Source: Octopus sinensis
Taxonomy: Eukaryota
NCBI RefSeq assembly: GCF_006345805.1
Contig: NC_043021.1
Location: 7,502,001-7,566,000, forward strand
Reading direction: 5' to 3'
DNA: 64,000 bases
Below the pieces are notes generated by a model that was not told where the DNA came from, ran no database searches, and saw only the letters and a list, made by a program, of their open reading frames with translations. This document shows positions 11,509 to 24,948 of this stretch, in pieces. Both the position numbers and the translations under genes were made by a program. The first letter of the stretch is position 1; every line of letters begins with the position of its first letter.

Positions 11509-12128
11509 GTAATAATAATGATAATGATGATGATGATAATAAAATCATTTACAGCAAAATTTTCAGAGAGAGTGAGCAAGAGATAGAACAAAATTCAAAA
11601 CAAGGTGAAACATGATTGAAAAGCTAATGCAATTGATACAAAATGAAAAAAAATATTGCAGAAAAAATATAAAAATAACTGACAAAAAATAAAATAAAAT
11701 GAATAAAATAAAATAAAATAAAATAAAATATAATTAAAAAAATAGCTACAAACAATTAAAACAAAAAAAATTAAGTGAAATATTGTCCAGCTTTGTTGAT
11801 AGAGCAGTAAAGCAAAAAACAGCATAAAATTGTGCCGCAGTGGCGCCGTGAGGAGCTGATAATTTATGTGTGTTCCTATCAGTATATACCCAAGGAATAT
11901 TTATTAAATGGTACTATTTCATGCAATTTTAATATGTTTCTACATTATGAAACACAATGTACTGTCATAAACATTAATTTAATATGATGTAATGTTGAAA
12001 TTAATTATAATGCTCGTTAAACAGGAGTAGAGTTTATAAATTCCACTAGATACAACACAAACACCACACACTAAGGACTAAGGTATTCAGAGCATGCTCT
12101 GCTATTTCTGTTGCGTTCTCATTTTCTA

Positions 12129-12537
12129 TCTCTCTTTTTACTTGTTTCAGTCATTTGACTGTTGCCATGCTGGAGCACCGCCTTTAGTCGAGCAAATCAA
12201 CCCCAGGACTTATTCTTTGGAAGCCGAGTACTTATTCTATCGATCTCTTTTTGCCGAACCGCTAAGCAACAGGGACATAAACACACCAGCATCGGTTGTC
12301 AAGCAATGCTAGGGGGGCAAACACAGACACACAAACACACACACGCACACATACATATATATACATATATACGACGGGCTTCTTTCAGTTTCCGTCTACC
12401 AAATCCACTCACAAGGCTTTGGTCGGCCCGAGGCTATAGTAGAAGACACTTGCCCAAGATGCCACGCAGTGGGACTGAACCCGGAACCATGTGGTTGGTA
12501 AACAAGCTACTTACCACACAGCCACTCCTGCGCCTAT
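12129..12537 (-). mobile_element. SINE family A, full length
   Basis: As 8667-9062. Confidence 0.85.
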
Positions 12538-13360
12538 ACTCATTATCAATATAAATTATACAGTTGCTTTGATATTTTGAAATTTATTTATTAAAAAAAT
12601 ATTCATATCTAGTTGACGATGATACTATTTTCATAGGTACATGTGTATGAGAAGGATACACATAGATACACGTGTGGGGTGGGGGTGGCAAGGTGTATGT
12701 ATGGTATGTTTTTTTGCTTTTGTTTTTTACATTTTGTTTTGATGGAGTAAATTTTTTTCATTATGCTTGAGGTTAAAGGTGTGTCTGTGTGGTCAGAAAG
12801 TTCACTGCCCACCCACATAGTCTGGGGTTCAGTTCCTATGCATAGTGCCTTTGGTATTTTCTACCATAGCTCCTACCCAACCAAAAGCCTTGCAACTGGA
12901 CCCGGTAGATGGAACCTAAAAGAAGCCAACTATATATGTGCAGGGAGACATCTACTTATCTTGACATTGCACAATGGTTAGAACTAAGTATCATCACCAT
13001 AAAAAGGGTGGCTTTTGTTTCCAACCTTATGCAAAAACATGTTTGGCCATGGGTGAAATATTACTTTGCTTCGGAAAAGATGAAGGTTGGCAACAAGAGG
13101 GGCATTTGACCAGAGAATATCTGCCCCAAAGAAGTTCATCTAACCCTTAAAAGAATGGAGTAATTGATATTAAAACAACAATAATGATTTTTAGCAATTT
13201 TTCCAGTGTATATAGATGTACTCACAAAATCTGGTAAGTGAATAGGGTTTTGGATAATGCCCTTAGGTGTTCAAAATCAATTAAAATTTGAGCAGAGAAA
13301 TATATTTATCCTAATTCAATACCACTTGTACTTGTAATGGCATTCACCTGGGGTGAGTTT

Positions 13361-13586
13361 AGCCCTTTAGCATTCAGATTATTCTGTCAAATGTAAAGCT
13401 TATGTATTCACACCATGTAAAATTAATCTTGTATCATTTCATGACTTTAAGATTTCAATGATGTGATTGTTTATTTTTAAAACAACACAATAAGGTAGCT
13501 ATGAATGACCATATCTGACTAGTTTGAACATAAAATAGGTAGAATATTTTGGCCGGATATGGCCGGTTTAAACACTAAAGGGTTAG
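13361..13586. mobile_element. piggyBac-like MITE (CCCTTTAGCATT...CTAAAGGG); related copies near 35971-36197, 55845-55945 and 62350-62995
   Basis: TTAA/TTAG-flanked CCC...GGG termini; repeated in window. Confidence 0.65.
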
Positions 13587-14853
13587 CCAGCTTTGAGTAA
13601 TGAGTTCACCATGCTAGACAGTTGTAATGGATACCCTTTATTGATTTATCTTTTCTTGATTTCACTACCAAAGACCATAGACTTGGGGGACCCAATTGAA
13701 CTCAAGACCTCAACACATACAATTCAATCGATCTATGAAGTTGTTTGTAATGTTACCTGTGATAGACGGACAACACAGCCTAATGCAATGAAATGAAACC
13801 AGAGCTAAGCATCTTTAAATAGCCACTCATTCACACCTCAAAAGCATTCTTCATGAAAATTCCTGAGTTCATCAGAATAGCAATGTAAATTGAGCCAGTT
13901 TAAATGGAAAATTCAAATCTAGCCAGCAAATAATATATTTATGTCACCAGAACTAATTATATGAAGGAATATCATCAAAGAACAGCAAAATTTGTTCTTG
14001 TTTCGTTTGTTTTTTAAAGTTATGTACTTCTTGGAAATTATTCTATTTCTTCAAAAAATGAGGATTAATCAATTCTATGTAAATGGAATAAAAAGATTTA
14101 ATTAGTTTTAAAAACTCAAATTAAATTAATGAACTTAATAAAATCAATTAGAAATTTAGATAAAAATTTTAAGTGATCAATAGAATTTGTATATATTTTT
14201 TATGTATTGTTAGTAAAATTAATTAAAACTTGTTACAAACAGAAAAATAAAAACACAATAAATTTATTATATGAATGAAATAAAAAGTAATGTTTAAAAA
14301 ATATATTAACATAAATTAAGTTAATAAAATTTGAATAAAAATTAATCAATCAAATTGAAAAAATAAACATTGAATAGAAATTTTCAGTTTTAATCTTGAT
14401 TAATAAATTAAACTTATTAAAATATTTTTATCAAAAAATTGTAAAAATTAAAACTGTTTAGATACAATAAGAGAATAAATTAGAGAGAAAAAAAAAGAAA
14501 AAAGCCAACCTCCCTCTTTCTAAAAGCAAAAATCAACATAATTAGATTCATAATAAAAAAAAATAGAAAATTTTAATGGTGACTTATATAGAAAGAAACT
14601 TCAGATAGATAAAAGAAAGAGGGTGGGGCTGGGTGCTGTACTGTTCCTATCACTCCAAATGGTAGAAATAATATAGGGGCTAAAATATCTAAAACTTCAT
14701 GAACACACCTCATCAAGGATCCAATCCCTCCTGAATCTAATGTGTGCTAAAGTCAATTCATAAATAATTCTTTCTATGATAGAAAAGGTTTAAATTTCAA
14801 AAATAGGTTGTAAAGATAAACATCCTACACACACATATATTGTGACAGCCATG

Positions 14854-14895
<42 letters not shown>

Positions 14896-16258
14896 CGTAT
14901 ATTGGTCTTGACAATGAACATTCAAATTGTTCACTCAATTAACCTGCCTACTCATAAAATTAACATATAAGTGGTTGTGTACTCCACAGATACATGTACA
15001 ATCTATCAAACAGGCTTCCACACAGTTTCCATCCACCAAATTTCACTCACAAGGCTTGAATCATCCTAAGGTTATGGTAAAAAGACAATTGCTCAAAATA
15101 CCAGACAATGAGATTGAACTCAGACCCTCATAGTTTCAAAACTAACTTCTTAATCACTCAACTATGCTAGCATCTTTCCATACAAATACACAGACACATT
15201 CATAATCATTCTTGTATATATATATATATATATCTTCAAACATATGCACATAGATATAGACACATATCAGTGGCAAAGTATTCCTCATGAAGAATAACAG
15301 GCACAATCTATTGAAAAGGCTTCCATACAGTTTCTACCTGACCAACTTTTTTTATTTTTATTTTTTTAATTATTTTTAAAGTCATGATGATGATGTCAAT
15401 GAAATCTTTAAATTTTAAATACAATAGCAGCAACAGCAGTGATATTGCGGTGGAGGGGGAAAGGAAGAGCAGTGAATCAACAGCAACAACATTAATGATA
15501 ATTAAAAGATAATTATAGCAATAATTAAAGCAACAATCGTACAACAGATGGAACATGCAAATTGCCATTGGTACAGTATGTATATGCCTGTGAAGTGACA
15601 CATGGTGTGCATTAATCTTTTCTAAGTTGCAAAGAGCTACAAACTGACAGTTCCACCCACCCATCCATCTTAAAATGCCACTTTCATGTATACATTTTAC
15701 AAAATAAATAAAAATAAATAAATAAAAGTATAAAATTAAGGCAAATTTTGAAACAAGATAAATAAAAAAAATAAAATTATACAAATGTGAACAAAAACAA
15801 ACAAAACAATGCAAAAAAAAAACATTGAACATTTGATATAAAATATATATCTAACACATATGACAAATAGCAAAAATTAGGCACATGATAACTTGACAGA
15901 TGTGTGTACATATATGAGAGTATGTGTTGTATGTAAATATATAAATAAGTCAACCAGAGGCAAGAGACAAAAGAGACAAGAACCATTGGTTTTCAAAATA
16001 ATCCCAGACTTAAAGAATTTGGCTCATCAAAGTACATATTAATGACTTGCATGTATAGTTTTTTAAAAAAATATTATTTTTGTGTAGTTTAAAAAAACAT
16101 CATAATTTAACATCCATCTTCCATCCTAGCATGAATATGAGGGTTTGAAGGATACAACAAACTGCAGGACTGCATTGAGTTCTAATGCCTGTTCTGATAT
16201 GGTTTCTATGGCTGAATGCTCTTCCTAATGCCAATCGCTTTACTGAGTGTAAAGAATA

Positions 16259-16655
16259 TCTTTATATATAAAAGTCAAGTTGTGTGTCTGTCTCCTACGA
16301 TTTAGATTCCTAACTACTCCCACATTTTGCAGTGCAGTTTAACCAAAACCGGGTATCTTATAGTCGTGATTCATATCGAGCCCTTCTGGGTATTAGCGCG
16401 CGTCTACGATGAGTCTACGATTTAAAAAAAAATTTACCATCATTTTTTTCCATTTTAATGCATTTTTTCGCTATTATATAAGGGAAGTAACTCTCTAAAA
16501 ATGTCTACGATGAGTCAACGATTTTTTAAAAAATTACCATAATTTTTTTTCCATTTTTAATGCATTTTTTGCTATTTTTTTGGCTATAACTCTCTAAAAA
16601 TGCTTATATAGTTATTTCCCTTACAAACCCGAGCAACACCGGGTGATACTGCTAG
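16259..16655 (+). mobile_element. Non-autonomous Helitron
   Basis: 5' TC-TTTATATATAAAA, 3' subterminal GC hairpin plus CTAG, inserted between A and T with no TSD. Confidence 0.88.
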
Positions 16656-18012
16656 TTATAAATGAAAATAAAATTGAACACTAAAACAAGCCCAGTTACT
16701 AAATTTGCAATTAAGTTAGAATACTGAAAGTTGAATATTGAAAACTCCAAGCGATTCAATATTATCTCTATTACACCCCTGATATCCTTTAAAATATATT
16801 ATTTATATGATACACTTTAGAAAATATTATTTATTTTTCTACTTCTGGACTTTCTAACATCAAACTTTCTCCTAAAGCTTGTCACCATTTCCATTTCTGA
16901 CTAACAAAATTTTCTCAGATAATTGAAATTCTCATATTGTTTAAATACTTTCCAAATGTTTTTTATTGGAACTTTTCATAAATTCCTTTACAGGGTTTAG
17001 ACCTAGAAACAAGTTTTTAGTTTGTTTATTTTTTTAAGACTAGTCACAAGAAGGAGTAGTGCATGAATCTAAGAGGAAAGAGATTGTTTACTTCCAGGTA
17101 ATCTCTGATGAGGAAGATGTATGATCAAAGATGTTGCAGATGTGACAATCCCATTATTTTCTATACATTGTCCAATGAAACCTTTTTTTGTTTTTTCAAA
17201 TAGCATGATGTGCTTTGAGAGAAATCTAGTAGCTATTTCTAGTAAATTGAATAACTGTGAAGAAGCTCCCTTGGCCCCAAAAAAGACTGAAGAATTTTAT
17301 AGTGGTATACTTTGAAATAAAATGGATTAAAGTTTTGGTTAAAACAGGGTTTTATCACATGACCTACAAGTACAAATTGTGAATTTTTTTTTTGTCTCAG
17401 ATATAATCAGTCATTTCCTTCCAAGAATTTTACTGAGAAAGCAAATACTTTCTGCAAAGATTTTAACATTAATTTTTAATTTTTCAATGAATCTTTCTTC
17501 AAGAGTATTAGTATTTATCTGACACCCCCACCCCACTTTTTTTATAGGACTCCTAAACTTTAACATCTAAATTTTCCAACAAACCATAAACAACCCACTC
17601 CATAGGCATACTTCAGATATACTAACCTTGCTTACCTTAAATTTGTGCCACACAATTCAAATACAGGGTTGGTTTAATCAGCTATAACCTCCACCAAAAT
17701 GTCTAGCTTTGTGTTAATCTTAGAAATCCACATTTAGCACAAATAAGTTCAAATTAGTTTTCATTAAAAAATATTTCTGTTTTAGCCCCATCGTTTTTTC
17801 ATTCAATAAATCTAACAAAAAAAAATTATCATTAATCTGGATTAAATAAATATGTCTATAAAATAAATAACTTTGTCTCCTTTCTTCACAGCATAAACAA
17901 GTCATTAAAAGGAATTCATAAACCAAAGATTTCTAATATCTGTGATTATTTAAAAAAAATAATGTAATAATTTTGTCTTTATACCAATGTTTGTACTCCG
18001 TGAGTACGTGTG

Positions 18013-18046
<34 letters not shown>

Positions 18047-18384
18047 ATATAATATAATATATATATATTTATACAAACACACACGCAGACATATATATAT
18101 ATATATATATTCATACATACACACACACACCATACATTAATACCCACACAGATACAGCATGCTGGGAACAAGTGACCATAATATATCTAGCGGCAGTGGG
18201 AAGGTAGGAAGGAAGGAAGAGAAAAAGAAAATAGTTTACAAAAGAAAAAAAAAAGAAATATAAATAAATATATATATATAGATATGGAAAAAAAATAATT
18301 AAAAAAAAAACATTTTTTGAAATTAAAATGAAATATATATATATTTAATAATAGCTTGGCCGCTGGGAGGAAACTATGACAGAC

Positions 18385-18525
18385 CTGGATGGGATGAGAT
18401 TGTAAAAGTTAAAGTAAGTCTGGTTGCCACAGGCGGCCAGGCAGTGAAAGAAGTCCTGTTTGGCCTCAGGTGTCTCGGGTGATAGATCCTCATTATATAT
18501 CTGTCGCATGAGCTCCAACCGTTGT
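18385..18525 (-). CDS. unc-104: unc-104 exon K (probable cassette): QRLELMRQIYNEDLSPETPEAKQDFFHCLAACGNQTYFNFYNLIPSR
   Basis: 141 nt, symmetric phase 2-2; CTAAC branch-like motif, then ttcatcttgtag|A; donor CCAG|gtctgt; N-terminal half paralogous to exon L. Confidence 0.88.
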
Positions 18526-19194
18526 CTACAAGATGAAACAAGTTCGTTAGACGTTAATAGGTTACACACAACGATTTTTTTTTTTTTTTTTAAGTAGGAT
18601 TAGGTTTTTAGCGTTTCACACAGACCATCAAACAATTTTACTTTTTTAGCTTTTGTCATTAAGTTTATGTTGTTGTTGTTGTTGTTTGAGGGTGGGGAGC
18701 TGATGGGAAGGAAGTTAGGAAGGGAGAGAGGCAGGGTAATGAACTACGGAAGCTAATGGGGAGAGAACAAATTCCAGTAATAATTATGGCATTAGAAGTA
18801 GAGCTGATGATAAAATGCTCTTTGCAAGATATGAAGGACTCTTTAAGTAAACAGATTGTGCAACTAAAATCATTTAGGATTTCAACTTTCTTATATTTCT
18901 CTTATTTTCTCTTGCCTTTTACATCTTTCTTGCCTGCCTGCCTGCCTGCCTGTAAGTCTTATTTTCCTTCATCTTAAATCCCCATCTATAGATGATGAAA
19001 CAATCCGTTTCTTTAAATTAAAAAAAAAAAAAAAAAAAAAAGAAAAACGGTGCAGAAATTGCGTGTGTGCATGTGTGTTAGCATGGTCTATGTAGGAACT
19101 GTTTTTATCTTGTCAGTTCTACAAGAATTATCTGTTGAGTCAACAACCAAGCCGCCTGCCTATGGGACTCAGGTACACAAGGTACTGAATACAA

Positions 19195-19365
19195 TCATCA
19201 TCATCCTCATCATTATCGTCATCATCCTCATCACCATTATCACCATCACCACCACCACCACCACCACCATCATCACCAACACCACCAACCATCACCACCA
19301 CCACCACCACCACCACCATCATCACCATCAACATCACCACCATCATCATCAACATCCTCCTCCAT
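19195..19365. repeat. (CAT/CAC)n microsatellite
   Basis: Direct observation. Confidence 0.9.
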
Positions 19366-19898
19366 TCCTCAACTAGAGTGCCATTTGTAAAACTGCACTA
19401 TCTGACAGAACAAAATTTCCAGTTCTCCAAGTGTCCAGTCTTCAATTACAAATTTGCTATCCTTTATTTTCATGCACACAGATAATAAAATGGTCAGTTA
19501 GATAACATATTACATTGCCAATTCAAATACTGCAAGTTCAAACCCAACGCAAGGTATTCTCTCTCTCTCTCGCTCACACCATCTCTCAGAGCATTTTAAT
19601 TCTTACACTGCTCTATCAGAAAATCAACTAATTATTAATTACTTGTCAATAATCACAGCTAACACAGATCCTTAATTAGGTTTCTTGGATGCTCAAATTT
19701 ATCCTATCATACAATAAGGTGATATAGCTTTTGGGAGTGTTACTAATTACAAAAAAAAAAATAGAAAAAAATTGATAATACCCTAAGAGCAGGGGTAGGA
19801 ATATCTTTTATCCATGTGATATCTGGAAGCAAGCACTAATTTTATAGCTAGCTCAGATAAGAGAGAGAGAGAGTGTGTGCGTGAGAGAGAGAGAGAGA

Positions 19899-19931
<33 letters not shown>

Positions 19932-20354
19932 TGTGTGTGTAAAAGATTTATCAGTTCTTAAAACCACCATCCCCATTGATATCATATGATCCTGATAACG
20001 ACCCATGATGTCCATTGGGCAGTTCTATTTAGTTTTAAGTAGTAACCAATGTGAGATATTATTGTTTAACTCCAAGTATACCCTATTCAAGTAGACCTAT
20101 GATTGTATAGGTAAATCTATGCTTTGTTGAGGAGGTCTAAGAATACAAAAACATGTACAGAGTTACCTCTCATACTCGCAGAAATGATTAAAATAACATT
20201 AAGTCATTAAGCTCAGGTCTTTTTCTCATATGTTATTTCTAGCTAGAATTCCTTTTAATACAGCTATATTTGAGAAGACTTGTCAAGCCAAGTGAAATCA
20301 CAGTCATGGCCAATGCTAGGGTCATGTAACTGACACATAAAAAGCACCATTTGT

Positions 20355-20830
20355 ACTTTGGGCCTCACAGATATTAAGCGACTAGAATCCTTCGATCACC
20401 TCTGTCTACGCCGCATCCTTCGTGTACGATGGCATCATTTTGTCTACAACAATTCAGTGCGACACCAGTGCAAAATCACCTCCCTCCGACAAGTCATCCT
20501 AACGAGATGTCTGCGTTGGCTGGGTCATGCCCTTTGTCGTCAACCAGGAGAATTCATCTACGAAAGCAATTGCCCCAGCTCCCCTTCAGGGTTGGCGAAA
20601 GCGATGTGGTGGACAACGAAAAACCTGGCTGATGACGGTCAAGGCTGATCTGGAACTCAACCTAGGCTCCCATGTCTATGGCGTTCGCCACTGGAATAGG
20701 GAGTGGTTGGAGATCACACGGTCGTTAGCCTCAAATCGTCAGGTCTGGTCGGCGTTTGTGAGAGATGCAGCATTGAGGATGAATGAAGCCAGCTCAACCC
20801 ACCCCGGGTGAATGCTGTCTCAAGACAAGA
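20355..20830 (+). mobile_element. RTE-clade LINE 3' fragment
   Basis: Frameshifted ...FDHLCLRRILRVRW...RWLGHALCR...GGQRKTWLMTVKADL...WSAFVRDA, a typical RTE ORF C-terminus. Confidence 0.85.
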
Positions 20831-21121
20831 AGAAGAGAGGCAGTGACAAGTGACTGAGACCTTTGGCAATATACTGTGCTTGAGAAGACTTGTCAATCTA
20901 AGTGAGATCATAGTCATGGTTGATGCCAGTGTTTCATAATTGGCAATGTAAAAAAGCACCCACTACACTCTTGGAGTGGTTGGCATTAGGAAGGGCATCC
21001 AACTGTAGAAACCATGCCAAATCAGATTGAAACCAGGTGCAGCTCCCCAGCTTACCAGTTTTCAGTCAAACTGTTCAACCTATACCAACATGGAGAATGG
21101 ATGATGATGATATTTATTTGA

Positions 21122-21343
21122 CTGGCAGAATTGTTAACATGCCGGGCGAAATGCGTAGCCGTATTTCGTCTGCCATTACGTCCTGAGTTCAAATTCCGCC
21201 GAGGTTGACTTTGCCTTTCATCCTTTCGGGGTCGATAAATTAAGTACCAGTTACGCACTGGGGTCGATGTAAACCACTTAATCCGTTTGTCAGCCCTTGT
21301 TTGTCCCCTCTATGTTTAGCCCCTTGTAGGTAGTAAAGAAATA
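21122..21343 (+). mobile_element. SINE family C
   Basis: High identity to 3451-3681 in the opposite orientation. Confidence 0.85.
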
Positions 21344-22867
21344 TATTTGAATATAATACACATTCATGTAATGTGCATCACTAACTATGGATTTTAAAAT
21401 CTAAAGCATTTTGTGTATATGCACTGACTTTTTCTCACTGATAATACGTGTAGAAACAAAAAAATGTTTAGCCAGATTTATTATAACTTCTGACTGAAAT
21501 ACATTTACTAAGTCAACACATCATCATAAGAAAAACTAAACTTGAAAGCGACCTTTGAACTTTATTAGTGAAGGCTGTAAAAGTGAACTTGCTGTGAAGT
21601 CAACCTACGGAAACTCAACTAATACGGATAGATATAAAAGACAAAATGCAGAATGTAAACACTTTCGTTATATTTCTGTTTAAAATCATTTCATTATAGA
21701 ACATTTTCAGAAGAAACATCTATAGCGACACTTCATTATATTATCACAATATTTCAAGAAGAGATGTTATTTGCTTCAGTTTATGTTCATATTTCAATAA
21801 TAATGATAGCATTTATGTATGACTCTCATTGATTATCTAATAAATCGCATTTTATAATAATCTATTTTTGCTGGTAAAATCATTACATTCTGGCCTTCTA
21901 TACTGAAAGTTGGCAGCAACAATTCCACCAAACCATGTCTGACAGATGTGCAAAACATTTTGATGTATTGATTTCAAATTTTGTCAGAAGGCCAGCAATT
22001 TCAGGGGAGTGGGTACGTCGATTACATTGACCCCAGTACTAAACTGGTACCTATTTTATCGACCCCAGAAGGATGAAAGGCAAAGTCAACCTCAGCAGAA
22101 TTTGAACTCAGAAAATAAAGACTGACAAAATGCAGCTATTTTACTCAGTTGGACCCCTAACCCCCCATATTAAAAAAAATCCTATTATATTTTTATAATT
22201 AAATATTATGAAGAACAGCACCCCATCGGTTAAAATGACAAGGGTCCCAGTTGATCCAATCAATGGAACGACCTGCTCATGAAATTAACGTGCAAGTGGC
22301 TGAGCACTCCACAGACACATGTACTCTTAACATAGTTAAGAATACAGGGAGATTCAGTGTAACACAGAGACATGGCTGGCCCTATGAAATACAAGTACTA
22401 CTCATTTTTGCCAGCTGAGTGGACTGCAGCAATGTGAAATAAAGTGTCTAGCTTAAGGACACAACACACCACTGGGAATTGAACTCATGACTTTACGATA
22501 GTGAACCAAATATGCCTAACCACTAAACCACATGTCTTTATTGGAATTATATATAAAAAATTAGTAAAATATTTCATGTAATGTAGAATTTATTGTTCAT
22601 AAATTTTAGCGATAAAATCTTATATGAACTCCTATGGGTCATATTGACTCCCAAAGGATCATATCGACCCTGGTTGAGAACTGCTGAAGTAGAGTCATGA
22701 CATAGAGTAGTTAGTTATCTTGACATAAGTGTAAGCAGTCAAAACACCTTATAACTGTTTTTACGCAGCTTATTTTTAGATGATTGATATTGTTCTCACC
22801 ATATTTTTGATGAAGTATGTCGCTTTTGTTTCAAATGAGTTTGAAAATAATGAAGTATTCAGTAAAA

Positions 22868-23160
22868 TCATCATCATCATCATTTAGCGTCCGTTTTCCA
22901 TGCTGGCATGGGTTGGACGGTTCAACTGGGGTCTGGGAAGCCAGAAGGCTGCACCAGGCCCAGTCTGATCTGGCAATGTTTCTACGGCTGGATGCCCTTC
23001 CTAACGCCAACCACTCCATGAGTGTAGTGGGTACTTTTTACGTGCCAGACGAGGCTGGCAAACGGCCACAATCGGATGGTGCTTTTTATGTGCCACCGGC
23101 ACGGAAGCCAGCCGGCGCAGTGCTGGCAACGGCCACGTTCGGATGGTTCTCTTATGTGCC
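22868..23160 (-). mobile_element. (GAT)n-tailed SINE-like repeat, family B; other copies near 16100, 20860, 26928, 31790, 37130, 43360, 55070, 57615, 61205 and 61900, in both orientations
   Basis: Shared core GGAGTGGTTGGCGTTAGGAAGGGCATCCAGC...CAACCCATGCTAGCATGGAAA...GATGATGAT. Confidence 0.8.
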
Positions 23161-23581
23161 TCGTTGCTGCTTGGAACATAAACTATTATGAAATTATGAT
23201 GGAAGGTTTTAAATTAGATCACTTCAAAACAAGAAGTCTGCATCATAGAACTTCAGGTGGTCTATAGCATGGTGGCATCAAAGGGGCTAAATAAAAATTG
23301 ACACGTTGGATAATGTTGTTTAGGATGTCCCCACAAAAACGAGATGGTCATGGTTGGAATGCATTCAATCAAAGGTTTGTCCAATTGACCTGGAGGTGGA
23401 GTGGTGGGAAGGCTACAGAAGAGTTATTATATCACACATGTGGGAGGGAGAAAGTGGGACATAATGAGAAGGCTTCCTTAACTTGAATAACCTTCTATAT
23501 ACGTATAGAAGTGAGAAAGAGAGAGATTTATTCTATTTTCTATTACATGTACAGAAATGAGAGAGAGAGAGAAAAACTTTT

Positions 23582-23869
23582 TTTATCTTGGATAATGGAT
23601 TCTCATTCACTTTACTATCACTCACACACTCCTAGATTAACGAGTAAATCTCCAAATGGCTGGGAAAGTGAATAATGTATCCCTCATTTGCATAATACTA
23701 TAAAACTCAGAAAGAAGACTCCAGACTGGGGGATCATTTGGGATGCATTAAGTGGTTTCAGAGACTGCAATCTTTATGACAAACTGAATACTAAATACAT
23801 ACAGACATGTTAAAACCTCAGATCTGAAGAAGAGAATAGAAAAGCTATTTCGATATCAAAGAATATCAT
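23582..23869. repeat. Dispersed near-identical segment, copy 1 of 3 (others 29279-29544 and 30862-31195)
   Basis: Copies differ by single CpG-type substitutions over more than 200 nt. Confidence 0.92.
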
Positions 23870-24546
23870 CACCAGTAATTTTAATATTACTGATATTATG
23901 CATGGATCTTGAGGAAGATATTCTATGGCTGGATGCCCTTCCTGTCACTAACCCTCATCTGTTTCCAAGGAAGGTAATATTTCCTCATGGCCGAACATGT
24001 TTTCATGGAAGATTGGAATGAACAACTCCACTTGTATGACAGTGACACTCAGTTTTCAATTTTACAATGACCACACAAGGTCAAATCTAGGAGACACAAA
24101 TACACAACATCATCATCATCATTTAACGTCCATTTTCCATGCTAGCATGGGTTGGACGGGAAATGTACAATATACAACCCATATGTAAGTATGATAATGA
24201 CAGTAGTCTCTCAAAGCCCAAGAAAAACAGTTCTGCAACTCCTTGCTGAACAACCCGCACAAATGATTTGCACATGGTGATCAAATGTATGTGCTGTACA
24301 CAAACTCTTTTAATCAAATCCATGTTGTCTGAATAGGTCCATGGTGTACCACACGTCAGGTGTCAAAGTGATCACAGTGCAATGTGAGATGAAGTGTTTT
24401 GCTCAAGAACACAATGCACCATCTGGTCCACTAACTGAAACCACAATCTCACAACAGTGCCATTCTTCCCTACGATACATCCTTATTTACCAATTTGGTC
24501 AAAGCAGAGAAATAAAAAGTGGAAGGATTTACTTGTAACATCTTCC

Positions 24547-24948
24547 TCTCTTTTCTCTCTTTTACTTGTTTCAGTCATTTGACTGCGGCCATGCTGGAGC
24601 ACCGCCTTTAGTCAAGCAGATTGACCCTGGGACTTATTCTTTGTAAGCCCAGTACTTATTCTATCGGTCTCTTTTGCCGAACCGCTAAGTAACGGGGACA
24701 TAAACACACCAGCATCGGTTGTCAAGCAATGCTAGGGGGACAAACACAGACACACAAACACATACATATATATATACATATATACGACGGGCTTCTTTCA
24801 GTTTCCGTGTACCAAATCCACTCACAAGGCATTGGTCGGCCCGGGGCTATAGCAGAAGACACTTGCCCAAGATGCCACGCAGTGGGACTGAACCCGGAAC
24901 CATGTGGTTGGTTAGCAAGCTACTTACCACACAGCCACTCCTGCGCCT
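24547..24948 (-). mobile_element. SINE family A, full length (second tail fragment at 24992-25150)
   Basis: As 8667-9062. Confidence 0.85.

Noticed and set aside
17636-17705. Strong AG|GTAAGC site as a recursive site or extra exon
   Set aside because: No pyrimidine tract upstream, and candidate exons contain immediate stops.
19050-19376. Poly-His ORF and a possible + strand exon (19117-19172 or 19181)
   Set aside because: The His run is a (CAT/CAC)n microsatellite. The AG/GT pair is plausible, but there are no partner exons or recognisable protein, so an antisense gene is unsupported.
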